DNA of 64,000 nt, from the NCBI GenBank assembly GCA_040768745.1, contig JAXGMI010000001.1:224001-288000 (forward strand). Reading direction: 5' to 3'. Position numbers and translations under genes: made by a program. Origin of the DNA: Desulfomicrobium sp. GTDB taxonomy: Bacteria; Desulfobacterota; Desulfovibrionia; Desulfovibrionales; Desulfomicrobiaceae. The notes under the pieces were generated by a model. The model did no database searches, was not told where the DNA came from, and worked only from the letters and a program-made list of their open reading frames with translations. Positions 31,443 through 42,645 of this stretch are shown piece by piece (position 1 is the first letter of the stretch; every line of letters begins with the position of its first letter).

Positions 31443-34130
31443 ATGTGGTTTCTGCAATCAAAGACGGACGTGCTTGAAAAACTCGGCGTCGATCCGGACA
31501 GGGGCCTTTCCGGCGCGGAAGCCGCTGCCAGGCTTTCCGCATACGGCCCCAACAGGCTCAAAAAGGAGAAGAAGAAAACCATCCTGCAGATGTTCGTGGC
31601 CCAGTTGCAGGACTGGCTCATCTATGTCCTCCTGGCTGCGGTGGTCGTCACCCTGGCCATGGGCGAATACATGGATGCAGGCATCATCATCCTGGTCGTA
31701 ATCCTCAACGCGACCCTGGGCGTGACCCAGGGAGTCAAGGCCGGCAACGCCATCGAGGCCCTGCAGAAGATGTCCTCGCCCAGAGCCCTCGCACGCCGCG
31801 ACGGGGTGATCACGGAGGTGGATTCCGAGGATGTGGTCCCCGGGGACATCCTCGTCCTTGATGCCGGCAGGTTCATCGCCGCCGACATCCGGTTGATCGA
31901 GTCGGCCAATCTGCAGCTCGAGGAGTCGGCCCTGACCGGCGAGTCCGTGCCGGCCAGCAAGGACGCCTCGGCACTGCCCCCTGATCCGAAAACACCCCTG
32001 GCCGACCGGAAAAACTGCGCGTTCATGTCGACCTACGTCACCTACGGGCGGGGGGTTGGCGTTGTCGTGGCGACGGGAATGCAGACCGAGGTGGGCAGGA
32101 TCGCCAGAAACATCGCCACCAAGGAGACAAAGACCCCCCTGGAGATCAGGCTCGATGAACTGGGCAAAATCCTGGGCAAGCTGGCCATCGGCGTGTGCGT
32201 CTTTCTTTTCGTCATCGCCCTGTTCCAGGGCCGGGGTCTGGCCGAGATGTTCCTGACCTCCGTGTCCCTGGCCGTCGCCTCCATTCCCGAGGGGCTGGCG
32301 GCCATTGTCGCCGTGGTGCTGTCCATCGGCGTGACCAACATGTCCAGGCGCAACGCCATCGTCAAACGGCTCGTGGCCGTGGAAACCCTCGGATCGGTCA
32401 ACATCATCTGTTCCGACAAAACCGGCACCCTGACCCAGAACAAGATGGCCGTCACGCACTCTTTCACCCTGGACAACCCATCCTGCGTGGCAGTGGATGG
32501 GGAGGATGGCCACGCTGCGGACGCGCGGTTTCTGGCCAGGGTCATGGTCCTCTGCTCCGATGCGACCTATGTCGATGGAACGGGCACAGGCGATCCCACG
32601 GAAATAGCCCTGCTGGCCTTCGGGGACGCCCTTGGCCTCGACCGCAGCGCGGTGCATGCCGGAAGCACGCGGGTGGGTGAATTCTCCTTTGACTCCGAGC
32701 GCAAACTCATGTCCACCCTCAACCACGAAAACGAGGGGTACGTGGTCTATGCCAAAGGCGCCATCGACAACCTCCTGAAAATCTGCACGCATGTCCGGAT
32801 CCAGGGCCGGGCCGTGCCTCTGTCCGCCGAGCACGTCAGCCGGTTCACTGGAGCCGCCGAAGGCATGGCCGGCAATGCCCTGCGCACCCTCGGCGCGGCC
32901 TACAAGCCGGCAGAGGAGCTGATCCCCCCGTCTGAAATGGAAAAAGACCTGATCCTGGTCGGTCTCGTGGGCATGATCGACAGGCCCAGGCTCGAGGTGC
33001 AGCCTGCGATCCAGAAGGCCAGGCAGGCCGGGGTCACGACCCTGATGATCACCGGGGACCACAAAACCACCGCCTTCGCCATCGGCCGCGAACTGGGCAT
33101 CGCCGAGGACATGACGCAGACCCTCACGGGCCAGGAAATGGACGACATAGGGGATGAGGATTTCAAGGACCGGATCGCCGGCTACCGCATATTCGCCCGC
33201 GTTTCGCCGGAGCACAAGGTCAGGATCGTCAAGGCATTGCAGTCCCGCGGGTATGTCGTGTCCATGACCGGCGACGGGGTCAACGACGCCCCGTCCCTGA
33301 GTTCGGCCGACATCGGCATCGCCATGGGCGTCACGGGCACCGACGTGGCCAAGAGCGCGGCGGACATGATCCTCGCGGACGACAATTTCGCGACCATCGT
33401 TTCGGCCATTGAACAGGGCCGAAACATCTACAGCAACATCAAGAAGTCCGTCACCTTCCTCATCACCTGCAACCTGGGGGAAGTGGTGGCCATGTTTTTC
33501 AGCCTTCTGGCGGGCTGGAATGCCCCCCTGATCGCCACCCAGATTCTGTGGATCAACCTGCTGACGGACTCCCTGCCGGCCATTGCCCTGGGCATGGACC
33601 CAGGCGACCCGGACATCATGCGTGAGAAGCCGCGCGACCCCGGGGAAAGCTTCTTTGCCGGGGGGGCCGGCCGGAGGGCCGCACTGGGAGGGCTGTCCAT
33701 CGGGGCACTGACCATGTTCGCCTTCTGGTTCGGCCATTACGAACATGGATTCAGCCCTGGCCAGGACAGTGTGCCCCTGCACGTGGTGGAGTACGCACGG
33801 ACCATGGCCTTCATGGTGCTTGTGGCGTGCCAGCTCTACTATTCCCTGGCCTTCAGGAACAGCAGGAAATCGGTTTTCGCCATCGGGATTTTTTCCAACC
33901 AGTACCTGATCTGGTCCATCGTGCTCGGGATCCTGCTCCAGTCCCTGCTGCTGTGCATTCCGGGCATGCGCGAGGCGTTCAACCTGCAGATGCTGGACCT
34001 GCAGGGATGGGGCATGGCACTTGTCCTCGGCTTCCTTCCCCTGGCCGGAAGCGAGGTGTACAAGCTCCTGGCCAATGCGCGGATCGGAAAAGACAGGGGA
34101 ACGGGAGGGGTGTCGCCGACCGCCTCCTAA
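31443..34130 (+). CDS. Cation (Ca2+-type) P-type ATPase
   Basis: TGES, PEGL, DKTGTLT, TGDGVNDAP. Confidence 0.95.
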   Translation: MWFLQSKTDVLEKLGVDPDRGLSGAEAAARLSAYGPNRLKKEKKKTILQMFVAQLQDWLIYVLLAAVVVTLAMGEYMDAGIIILVVILNATLGVTQGVKAGNAIEALQKMSSPRALARRDGVITEVDSEDVVPGDILVLDAGRFIAADIRLIESANLQLEESALTGESVPASKDASALPPDPKTPLADRKNCAFMSTYVTYGRGVGVVVATGMQTEVGRIARNIATKETKTPLEIRLDELGKILGKLAIGVCVFLFVIALFQGRGLAEMFLTSVSLAVASIPEGLAAIVAVVLSIGVTNMSRRNAIVKRLVAVETLGSVNIICSDKTGTLTQNKMAVTHSFTLDNPSCVAVDGEDGHAADARFLARVMVLCSDATYVDGTGTGDPTEIALLAFGDALGLDRSAVHAGSTRVGEFSFDSERKLMSTLNHENEGYVVYAKGAIDNLLKICTHVRIQGRAVPLSAEHVSRFTGAAEGMAGNALRTLGAAYKPAEELIPPSEMEKDLILVGLVGMIDRPRLEVQPAIQKARQAGVTTLMITGDHKTTAFAIGRELGIAEDMTQTLTGQEMDDIGDEDFKDRIAGYRIFARVSPEHKVRIVKALQSRGYVVSMTGDGVNDAPSLSSADIGIAMGVTGTDVAKSAADMILADDNFATIVSAIEQGRNIYSNIKKSVTFLITCNLGEVVAMFFSLLAGWNAPLIATQILWINLLTDSLPAIALGMDPGDPDIMREKPRDPGESFFAGGAGRRAALGGLSIGALTMFAFWFGHYEHGFSPGQDSVPLHVVEYARTMAFMVLVACQLYYSLAFRNSRKSVFAIGIFSNQYLIWSIVLGILLQSLLLCIPGMREAFNLQMLDLQGWGMALVLGFLPLAGSEVYKLLANARIGKDRGTGGVSPTAS

Positions 34131-35950
34131 ACGTCCAGGGGACAGCGCGCAGCCCTGGCCAAGCCTTCGTCCCCGGACCCGCGGGGGGGATCCGAGAGGC
34201 GGCCCTTGATGGCCTCCAGCTCGTCGATGTTCTCGAAGAACAGGTCCACGATCCTGGGGTCGAACATCCCCCCGCGCTCCTGGCGGATGAATTCGAGCAC
34301 CTCGTCCCTGGGCCAGGCCCCCTTGTACACCCGGCCCAGGGACAGAGCGTCATACACGTCGGCCAGGGCGCAGATCCGGGCCAGGATGCTGATCTCCTCC
34401 CCCTTCAGCCCGCAGGGATAGCCCGTCCCATCCCACCGCTCATGATGCTGGAGGGCTATGGTCCGCGCAAAGGACATGAGCCTCCTGTCCGACGTGTGCA
34501 GGAGGCGCTGCCCGATGAGGGTGTGGTGCTTGATTTTCTCGAATTCATCGAAGGACAGCTTGCCCGGCTTGTGCAGGATCGCATCGGGAATCCCGATCTT
34601 GCCGATGTCGTGCATGGGCGATGCGGCCTCCAGAAGGATGACGTCCTCCGCGGCAAGGCCGTACTTCCGGCCGAGCAGCGCGGAATACGCGGCCACCCTG
34701 CGCACATGGTTGGCCGTGTCCTGCGAGCGGGTCTCGATGACCTCGCCCAGAATGGTCAGGAGTTCCACCTGGGTGTCGATCATCTCCTGGTTCAGGGCCA
34801 TGATTTCCATGTTTCCGCGATGGATCTTCCGCTGCTTGAGCACGTTCATGACCAGGAGGACGATGATCACGCCCAGGATGCCGATGACCACCAGGGCTGA
34901 TAGGATGGCCGAGCGGTGGGCCTCGAAATAGGACAGGGGCCGGTTCAGCAGGACCGCGTTCCCGGGCAGGCTGGTCAGGGGGATGCCGAAGCGCTGCAGC
35001 GCGACGTAATCGTAGGTGTGCTGGTTCACCCCCTGCAGCCTGTCATACGTTGCCGGAGGGTTGCCGCCGGCCAGGCGCTCCAGCAGGATCTGCGCCGCCT
35101 TCTGCCCATGCCCGAAGGCGCTGGCCACGCATCCCCCCACGGCGCCTGAATCGAGCTGGAAGTCCCAGGCCACGTAGACCGGCACGGGCGAACTGGCGCT
35201 CACGGCCCGAGGGATCTCGTCGGCTTCGAACACGAGCCCCGCCGCGTCCTGGAAATAGACCAGCAGATAGATGAGTTCGCCTTTGGAACGCCCCCGGGCG
35301 AACTGGATGAGCTCCTCCCTGGCCATGGGCGGGACGATTTCCACTTCCACCTGGCTGGCCACAGGATAGAGCTGGGAGATGAAGTCGCTGAGGATGGACT
35401 TGCCGCTCAGGGTGCCGTCGACCATGACAAAAATTTTCCGCGTGCCCGGGTTCTGCTTCAGGGCCGCCTGCAGCGTCTCCTGATGGGCCAGCCTCTCCAC
35501 GACGATGTTCGTGTCCAGCGCCTCGGCCGGAATCGACTTCAGGTCGTTGATGCCGCAGGCCACCATGGGCGTGCCCGGAAAAAGTTCCGCCCAGTGCCGG
35601 GCCATCAGATCCAGGGCGTGGTCGTCCGTGAGGATGATGCCGTCGAAGCGCTCCCCCGCGTACTTCTGGCGGTAGATGCCGAGCAGCTGGCGGATGTACT
35701 CGGGGGAATGATGGCGCTTGGCGTCCATGTACTCCACGCGGTATCTGCCCTGCACTTCCGGCCCCTGCAGGACCGAGACGATCCCGGCGTGCAGGTCCCT
35801 GGTCCAGGAAAAGTCCGGGGCATAGGAGTGGACCACCAGCACACGCGGTCCCGGCATGTCCCCGGCCGCCGCACCCAGGTGGGCCGCGACCAGCAGCGCC
35901 AGGAGCGCGAGGGCAGAGGAAACGCGGTGAAGACCTGCGGAGGGGTTCAT
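34127..35950 (-). CDS. HD-GYP phosphodiesterase with a periplasmic ABC-substrate-binding-like sensor
   Basis: Signal peptide, HSY..FSWT, TM helix, HDIGK, HHERWDGTGYP. Confidence 0.9.
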   Translation of the reverse strand: MNPSAGLHRVSSALALLALLVAAHLGAAAGDMPGPRVLVVHSYAPDFSWTRDLHAGIVSVLQGPEVQGRYRVEYMDAKRHHSPEYIRQLLGIYRQKYAGERFDGIILTDDHALDLMARHWAELFPGTPMVACGINDLKSIPAEALDTNIVVERLAHQETLQAALKQNPGTRKIFVMVDGTLSGKSILSDFISQLYPVASQVEVEIVPPMAREELIQFARGRSKGELIYLLVYFQDAAGLVFEADEIPRAVSASSPVPVYVAWDFQLDSGAVGGCVASAFGHGQKAAQILLERLAGGNPPATYDRLQGVNQHTYDYVALQRFGIPLTSLPGNAVLLNRPLSYFEAHRSAILSALVVIGILGVIIVLLVMNVLKQRKIHRGNMEIMALNQEMIDTQVELLTILGEVIETRSQDTANHVRRVAAYSALLGRKYGLAAEDVILLEAASPMHDIGKIGIPDAILHKPGKLSFDEFEKIKHHTLIGQRLLHTSDRRLMSFARTIALQHHERWDGTGYPCGLKGEEISILARICALADVYDALSLGRVYKGAWPRDEVLEFIRQERGGMFDPRIVDLFFENIDELEAIKGRLSDPPRGSGDEGLARAARCPLDV

Positions 35951-36199
35951 GATTCCCCATAGCACGGCTCGTCCTTGCGGGGCAAGGACATGCTGGACCG
36001 GAAGGCCCCCGCCCACGGCCGGGTGCGGGGTCGGCTCCCCGTGCATCCGTTCCCGGGCCAGGCGGGTCTTCCTGGTTGCCGACCTGAGCCTCGGCCCCGT
36101 ATGCTCAATCCAGCCCCGGCGCCCGTGGCCCGGCGCTGAACAGGGCCAGCCATGTGCGGCGAGGAAGGTGACCATGCATCCACTGTCCGGCGGAAACCC

Positions 36200-36973
36200 A
36201 TGATTATGCGGCCAGCCACCCTTTTTTTCCACGACGGGCTCGCGGATCTGCTCGACCGGCGCCACTGCCACCGGGACGCCCCGGGCCTGGTGCTCTATCC
36301 GGTCACGCGCAGGGCCTCCATCAAGGACATCATCGAGGCCCTGGGGCCCCCGCACACCGAGGTGGGCGACATCAAGGCGGACGGTCTGCCCGTGGGTTTC
36401 GGGCACCTCCTGCAGCCTGGGCAGGAGGTGCATGTCCGGCCTGTCTACCCGCCCCTGGACGTGCTGCGGCCCTCCCCCCTGCGGCCCTCCCCCCTGCCGC
36501 GCCTGGCCTTCTTGGCCGACGCCAACGTGGGCCGGTTGGCCACCCTGCTGCGCGCCCTGGGCTTCGACACTGCCTACGACCGGAATCTGGACGACGCGCA
36601 GGTGGCCGGACTGGCCGAAACCCAGGGCCGCGTGGTGCTGACCAGGGACCGCAGCCTGCTCAAGCGCAGGGCCATCGACTACGGATACCTGATCCGTCCG
36701 GACGACCCGCAGGACCAGCTGCTGGCGGTGTTGCGCTTCTTCGGACTGCGCCCGCCCTTCCCCGCCTTTACCCGCTGCCCCTGCTGCAACGCCCGCCTCG
36801 ATCCGGTCCCCAAGGCAGACATCATTGACCGGTTGCTCCCCCTGACCAGGCTCCACTACGCCGAATTCCGTCTCTGCCCCCAGTGCGACAAGATCTACTG
36901 GCCCGGCTCCCACCGGGATCACATGCAGGCCCGCATCGAGGACTTGGCCCGCCGGCTGGACGGGCAGGAATGA
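36200..36973 (+). CDS. Mut7-C ubiquitin + Mut7-C RNase (PIN) domain protein
   Basis: SIKDIIEALGPPHTEV; DANVGRLA..LR.LGFD; LTRDR; RCPCCN...CPQCDKIYWPGSH. Confidence 0.9.
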   Translation: MIMRPATLFFHDGLADLLDRRHCHRDAPGLVLYPVTRRASIKDIIEALGPPHTEVGDIKADGLPVGFGHLLQPGQEVHVRPVYPPLDVLRPSPLRPSPLPRLAFLADANVGRLATLLRALGFDTAYDRNLDDAQVAGLAETQGRVVLTRDRSLLKRRAIDYGYLIRPDDPQDQLLAVLRFFGLRPPFPAFTRCPCCNARLDPVPKADIIDRLLPLTRLHYAEFRLCPQCDKIYWPGSHRDHMQARIEDLARRLDGQE

Positions 36974-37144
36974 GCCCGTGACCCGTCCATGCCTCCCTGC
37001 CCCCATGGCCATGGGTCAGGCATGCCGGTACCGGAGCATTGCCCTGCCCGGCAAAAAAACATAGGTCAGAAGGGTCTCGCCACGCGCTCCACGGGCCTGC
37101 GGGTTTCCGGACCACGCGGGGCAAAACAGATCAGGAGTAACTGC

Positions 37145-39079
37145 ATGCACCGGATGCTTCGCCTGGACATGACCACACGGCAGATCACCGAAACGCCCCT
37201 CCCCCGGGAGGAACTGCTCCTTGGCGGACGGGCCCTGACTTCGCGGGTTGTCTTCCAGGAAGTCCCCCCCACCTGCCACCCCCTGGGCCCGCGGAACAAG
37301 CTTGTCTTCGCGGCCGGCCCGCTGGCCGGGACCCTGGTCTCCAGCGCCAACCGCCTCTCCATCGGCGGGAAAAGCCCTCTGACCGGCGGCATCAAGGAGA
37401 GCAACGCCGGCGGCATGGTGGCCTACAAGCTGGCCCGGCTCGGCATCCGCGCCCTGGTCATCGAGGGGAAGCCCCCTGCGCCGGGGCCCTGGCAGGTGCT
37501 CGTCCTGGACGCACAGGGCGCGCGGTTGGAGCAGGCACCCGCAGGCTTTGCCGGGGCGGGGGTGTACCGCAAGGCCCACATCCTGGCCGCCCGGCACGGC
37601 AGGCACGCGGCCCTGGCCCTGGTGGGACCGGCCGCGGAACAGATGCTCCTGGCCGCCGGCATCGCCTGCACCGACCCGGAAGGCAACCCGGCCCGGTACA
37701 GCGGACGCGGGGGCCTGGGTGCGGTGCTGGCGTCCAAGGGCATCCTGGGCCTCATCGTCGACGATTCCTCCGTGCCCCGGGAGGCGTTGGCGGATGCACC
37801 GGCCTTTGCCAGCGGGCTCAAAAGGATCGCCGCCCTGGTCAACGGCACGCCCCAGACGGCCGAAGTGTTCCGCAAGTATGGCACCGCGGCCATGATGGTC
37901 ACCACCAACACCCTGGGCGCCCTGCCCACGCGCAATTTTTCCCGCGGCACCTTCGAGGGCGCCTCGGCCATCGACGGCAACGCCCTTTACGAAACCATTG
38001 TGGCCAGGGGCGGCCAAGGCGACCCGAGCCATGCCTGCATGCGCGGCTGCCTGATCCGCTGCTCCAACGTGTTCGCCGACAAGGACGGCAAGGCCGTGGT
38101 ATCCCCGATGGAATACGAGAACCTCGGCATGCTGGGCTCCAACTGCGGCATCGGCGATCTGGACGACATCGCCCGCCTCAACCATGCCTGCAACGACATG
38201 GGGGTGGACACCATCGACACCGGCGCGGCCCTGGCCGTGGCCATGGAGGCGGGCCTCGCCCCCTTCGGGGATGCCGCCTTCGCGGAAAAGGCCATCACCG
38301 GCATCGCCCGGGGCGAGGTGCTCTCTAAGCTCATCGGCAGCGGGGCGGAAATCACCGGCAAGGTCCTCGGCCAGTACCGTGTGCCCACCGCCAAGGGGCA
38401 GTCCCTGGCGGCCTACGACCCCCGCGGCATCAAAGGCACGGGCGCCACCTACGCCACCTCGCCCATGGGCGCTGATCACACGGCCGGAAACACCCCCAGG
38501 GCGCAGATCAGGCACAACGACAAGACCGGGCAGGTGGAGCTGTCCGCAAACGCCCAGGCCGGGGCCGCCCTGTATGACGCCCTTGGCCTGTGCGTCATGC
38601 TCATGGGCGCCATCAAGGACCCCGCCCTTTTCATGGACCTCGTCAATGCCCGGTTCGGCACGGCCTTCACTCTGGAAGAGGCCAGGCTCATGGCGGCCCG
38701 GACCCTGGAGCAGGAGCGGGCCTTCAACCGCAACGCCGGCCTGGGGGAAAGCGCCGACCGGATCGCCGAGTTCTTCTATGTGGAGGAAAACCCGGATTCC
38801 CGGTCAATCTTCGACCTCACGCACGCCGACCTGACCCCCATCACCCGGGGCTCCCTGATCCCCGTCACGGTTGAAAGCAGGCTGGTGTGGCGCAAGGAGC
38901 CGCCCCGCCAGGTGCTGATCCCGCAGGGCACCCTTGTACGGGATTTTCTGGCCACCCTCGGCGAGCCGGAACTGCGGGACCATGCCCTGGTGGCCATGGG
39001 CACGGCGGTGTGCGCCCCGGACCGGACCATCCTGCCCGGAGACGCCCTCATCCTGCTCTCGGTGGTCAGCGGGGGATGA
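37145..39079 (+). CDS. Aldehyde:ferredoxin oxidoreductase with a C-terminal MoaD/ThiS-like domain
   Basis: [41 protein letters not shown]; ~75-aa tail ending VVSGG*. Confidence 0.9.
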   Translation: MHRMLRLDMTTRQITETPLPREELLLGGRALTSRVVFQEVPPTCHPLGPRNKLVFAAGPLAGTLVSSANRLSIGGKSPLTGGIKESNAGGMVAYKLARLGIRALVIEGKPPAPGPWQVLVLDAQGARLEQAPAGFAGAGVYRKAHILAARHGRHAALALVGPAAEQMLLAAGIACTDPEGNPARYSGRGGLGAVLASKGILGLIVDDSSVPREALADAPAFASGLKRIAALVNGTPQTAEVFRKYGTAAMMVTTNTLGALPTRNFSRGTFEGASAIDGNALYETIVARGGQGDPSHACMRGCLIRCSNVFADKDGKAVVSPMEYENLGMLGSNCGIGDLDDIARLNHACNDMGVDTIDTGAALAVAMEAGLAPFGDAAFAEKAITGIARGEVLSKLIGSGAEITGKVLGQYRVPTAKGQSLAAYDPRGIKGTGATYATSPMGADHTAGNTPRAQIRHNDKTGQVELSANAQAGAALYDALGLCVMLMGAIKDPALFMDLVNARFGTAFTLEEARLMAARTLEQERAFNRNAGLGESADRIAEFFYVEENPDSRSIFDLTHADLTPITRGSLIPVTVESRLVWRKEPPRQVLIPQGTLVRDFLATLGEPELRDHALVAMGTAVCAPDRTILPGDALILLSVVSGG

Positions 39080-39147
39080 GTCCGCCCGCGTCCTTGCCAG
39101 GCCCATGGGAAACACTCCGCACCGCAGACACACACGGGAGGAAAGCG

Positions 39148-39911
39148 ATGGATAAGAAAATCAAGATCATGCCTTGCCTGGACATGCGCAACGGGCGCGT
39201 CGTCAAGGGGGTCCATTTCGTGGACATCCGGGACGCCGGGGACCCGGTGGAATGCGCGCGGGCCTACTGTCAGGCCGGCGCGGACGAACTGGCCCTGCTG
39301 TGGACATAACGGCCACGGTGGAGGGCAGGGCCACCATGCTCGACATCGTCAAACGCGTGGCCCAGGTCACCACTGTGCCCTTCACGGTGGGCGGGGGTAT
39401 CTCCGACCTGCAGTCGGCCGAGCTGGTCCTCGCCGCCGGGGCGGACAAGGTGTCGACCAGCAGCGCCGCCTTCCGCAAGCCCGGACTGATCGGGGAAATG
39501 GTCAAAAAGCTGGGGTCCGCGAGGGTGACAGTGGCCATTGACGTGGACCAGAACGCGGCCATGCCCTCGGGGTACGAGGTCTACATCGACGGGGGACGCA
39601 CGGCCACCGGCGTCGACGCCGTGGAGTGGGCCAGGCGCGTGGACGGGTGCGGCGTGCCGGTCATCCTGCCCACGAGCAAGGCCGGCGACGGGGCCAGGAC
39701 AGGGTATGACCTGCCGGTGATCAGGGCCATGCGAAACGCGGTTTCAGCCGAGGTGGTGGCCTCGGGCGGGGCCGGCGAACTGGACCATTTCTACCAGGCC
39801 GTGGAGGCAGGCGCGACCATCCTGCTGGCTGCGTCCGTGTTCCATTTCGGCATGATCGGCATTGGCCAGCTGAAGGACTACCTGCGCAACCGGGGCGTGG
39901 CGGTTTCCTGA
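39148..39911 (+). CDS. hisF: Imidazole glycerol phosphate synthase cyclase HisF-like, frameshift near 39300
   Basis: PCLD...VVKGV.F; GADEL; DITAT; GGGI; ASGGAG; LAASVFH. Confidence 0.85.
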
Positions 39912-40031
39912 GGTTTCAGGGAGCCGGGACGCCCTGCCTCCGTCCAGAGGGCCAGGCCGGCAGACGGGTTGGAAGCGAGGGCAGGAAACGCTTTCCGGCC
40001 AACGAGCCGGTTTCCCTCCGGGTTTCTGCGG

Positions 40032-40682
40032 TTATCTGGAAGCCGCCACACGGGCGCCCAGCTCGAAGGCGCGCCTGCAGTCCTGGGGGAATACTTCGGC
40101 GTGACGACGGAACTTCGCATCCCGGTCGAACATCTCCGATTCATACTTGTCATAGTCGCCGTATTGGAGCGTATCCGTGCACAGCAGCAGCTCGCACGGG
40201 CCGAAGCATTTTTCAAGAGCACCCCTGGTGATGCTGAAATGGCGGTCATACCCCCATTCAAGGAGAATGTCGTTGCTGACGTTCATGGTATAGATCAAGG
40301 CGGTGTTGATGCGTCTCGGAAAAAGGGATTTCCTGTCTTTCGCGTACCTGTTGTACGGGAAACAGAGGCGTTCTATCAGGGCGCGGGTCGCGGCCGACTC
40401 GGCCCCGTAATAGACAGGCGTTCCTACGATCAGGGCGTCGGCGTTTCTGACCAGGTCGAGTACGGGAGTCAGATCGTCCTGCACCGCGCAGACCCCATCC
40501 TCCTTGCGGCTGATTTTTTTGCATGAAAAGCAGCTGATGCAACCGGAGAAATTCAGGTCGTAGAGATGGACCAGTCTTGTGTCGGCGCCTGCAGACACGG
40601 CCCCGGCCAACGCATGGTCCAGCAAGGTGACCGTGTTCCATTTTTCTTTTCTCGGACTGCCGTTGAAGGCTATGACGTTCAT
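40032..40682 (-). CDS. Flavodoxin-family iron-sulfur flavoprotein / NADPH-dependent FMN reductase
   Basis: NGSPRK..NT; CISCFSC...C..QDD; GTPVYY. Confidence 0.9.
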   Translation of the reverse strand: MNVIAFNGSPRKEKWNTVTLLDHALAGAVSAGADTRLVHLYDLNFSGCISCFSCKKISRKEDGVCAVQDDLTPVLDLVRNADALIVGTPVYYGAESAATRALIERLCFPYNRYAKDRKSLFPRRINTALIYTMNVSNDILLEWGYDRHFSITRGALEKCFGPCELLLCTDTLQYGDYDKYESEMFDRDAKFRRHAEVFPQDCRRAFELGARVAASR

Positions 40683-40933
40683 GCTGCACCTTCTCTCGGA
40701 TATCTTTGTGTTTGTTTCTCTCCCGTGAGTAGACAAGAACGTCCCTGCCTGCAACTGCACCCAAAAGGTCGCCCCCTGCCTGCGGCCATGCTTCCAGCGC
40801 GTGTCGGGGCAGGCCTTGCCAGAGGCAGGAAGGAACGGGATTCCCGGGCCAAGATTCGGGTAGATCATATTGGTAGCAATATGACGCACAGAATCGTCAA
40901 CGGAAGACTTGGTTCCATTTCCCTTGCAAGACC

Positions 40934-41413
40934 TTAGGTGTCGGCACGGCGCAATTGCTTACGCATGTATATGCGGGCCAAGCCGGATTCGACCCTGCGC
41001 GCGTATTCGACGTATCCAGCGCGCTCGTAGAGGGCAATGTTCGATGCCATCAGTTCGTGCGTGTACAGATGGATCTCGGCATGACCTCTGGCCTTGGCCT
41101 GGTCCTCGGCGAGGGCAAGAAGAACTCGACCGATCCCGCGACCCGATGCTCTCGGGTGGACGGCGACGGTCTCCAGCAGAAACCCTTCCGCGTCTTGCGC
41201 AAGAACGAGGAGGCCAACAATCCGGCCATCCTGTTCAGCCACAAACACGATTTCGTTGCCGATGATCGTCCGATAGTCATCGAGCATCGGGCCAGGTTTC
41301 CTTCCGATGACGGGAATCCATTTCTCGAAGGCCGCATCAACGCACTCCGCAACATGGTGCGCGTCGGCAATCGTGGCGTGACGGACGGTGAAGGAACAGG
41401 ATGTGGTGTGCAT
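40934..41413 (-). CDS. GNAT N-acetyltransferase
   Basis: VAVHP...GRGIG; LYTHELMASNIALYER.GY. Confidence 0.88.
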   Translation of the reverse strand: MHTTSCSFTVRHATIADAHHVAECVDAAFEKWIPVIGRKPGPMLDDYRTIIGNEIVFVAEQDGRIVGLLVLAQDAEGFLLETVAVHPRASGRGIGRVLLALAEDQAKARGHAEIHLYTHELMASNIALYERAGYVEYARRVESGLARIYMRKQLRRADT

Positions 41414-41701
41414 GGTCTTGTGTCGTTGATGTGTCGATGTCTGGCCGGTGCTGCGATTCTACAGAAGTGCCCCAAATGCACAAAAGGAAATGCGCCAGGG
41501 TCTGCTTGATCCTCGACTGACCTGCCCGGCGTATTTCAGGTGGGTGCATGATCTGTTGCGGGTTTCCGTTGTTTTTTGACGGAAAGACGGCACGCAAGCT
41601 CTTCAATGCGGCCGGGGGCAGCCCCGGAAATGGAAACACCATCGTCAACGGAAGGCTCCCCCCCTTGAACCTTGTCCGGAAAGGCAGGGTGTTCTTCGGG
41701 A

Positions 41702-41977
41702 CTAGGTCCCCTTTTTTTCAGGTTCGAGAGGCCTTCGTTTTTCAACCTCCCTGAGCAGCTTTCTCTCCTCGGCATCATCCGCCCCAGACGGGATATACCC
41801 CTTGATCATATCCAGCAGCACGTCAAAGGGATCGAGTTCTGCCCCACAGATGCTGCAGCAAACCGTGCGGTATACCGTGTAGGCTATGACCTCTTTGTGT
41901 TCGCATCCTGTTCGTTTTTCCGGACCAGCCGCTCTGGGCCGTTTCCTGGAAGTGTCGAGTTGTATTATTTTGGCCAT
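41702..41977 (-). CDS. Small Zn-ribbon-like hypothetical protein
   Basis: CEH...CSICGAELDPFD; GGAGG SD upstream. Confidence 0.6.
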   Translation of the reverse strand: MAKIIQLDTSRKRPRAAGPEKRTGCEHKEVIAYTVYRTVCCSICGAELDPFDVLLDMIKGYIPSGADDAEERKLLREVEKRRPLEPEKKGT

Positions 41978-42306
41978 CGAGTTCCCTCCCTCCCAGCCAG
42001 CGAGACCCAAGGAAAAGTGGAGTTTCGCAGGTCATCACGACATGGGGAAATCGCTGTCTGATCCAGGCTGGAACTGGCCACCCCTGGTTCCAAACAGGAT
42101 GCACATGTTGCCATGCTTGTGTCTGTACAGTCCGGTCATGAGCAGGACGGGAGGGGCATCAATACCGTCTTTGACAAACCAGCCTGCTTCGAACGCGGAG
42201 TGTCGTGGACGTGTCGGTGTCTGGCTGGTGCTCCGATTCTAAAGAAGCTCCCCAAAACCCATAAGAAAATTCGTCAGTTATCAAATAATGCTGAATTATT
42301 TTTAAG

Positions 42307-42580
42307 GGTCATGACTAGAACAGCGGGTTTGTCCTGATGATTTTGAGCAGGACTTTGTAGATGTTCTGGCCCCTATTGTTAAATCGAAATTCGCATTCTT
42401 TCAAATGCAGGAAAAAGGTTGCCTTGCTGACACCTCTGAACTTGGCAAGGCGAGTTTTCGAGTAGCCCCAAAAGCTCTCTATGCCATTGATATGGCTACG
42501 CTCATTGGCAAATTCATTGTCTCCGTGGTTAACCCTGAAATGCTTCTGGTACCCTACATCTACCAGGCCGTTATAGCCAC
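42307..42580 (-). pseudogene. IS1595-family transposase C-terminal remnant
   Basis: GYNGLVD.GY..H.RVNH...HINGIESFW...LKECEFRFN. Confidence 0.85.
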
Positions 42581-42603
42581 CCTTCGCCTTCTTGTTCGGG
42601 ATG

Positions 42604-42645
42604 AAAAGAACCACCTGCCTCCGCTTGGGGGCAGGCGGTTCTTTT
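42604..42645. terminator. Intrinsic terminator
   Basis: AAAAGAACCACCTGCC...GGCAGGCGGTTCTTTT. Confidence 0.7.

Noticed and set aside
31458..33782. Long antisense ORFs (e.g. 774 aa here, 720 aa at 59775-61937) and N-terminal extensions of livG, HD-GYP and argS
   Set aside because: These are shadow frames caused by high GC3; they overlap well-supported genes and show no motifs.
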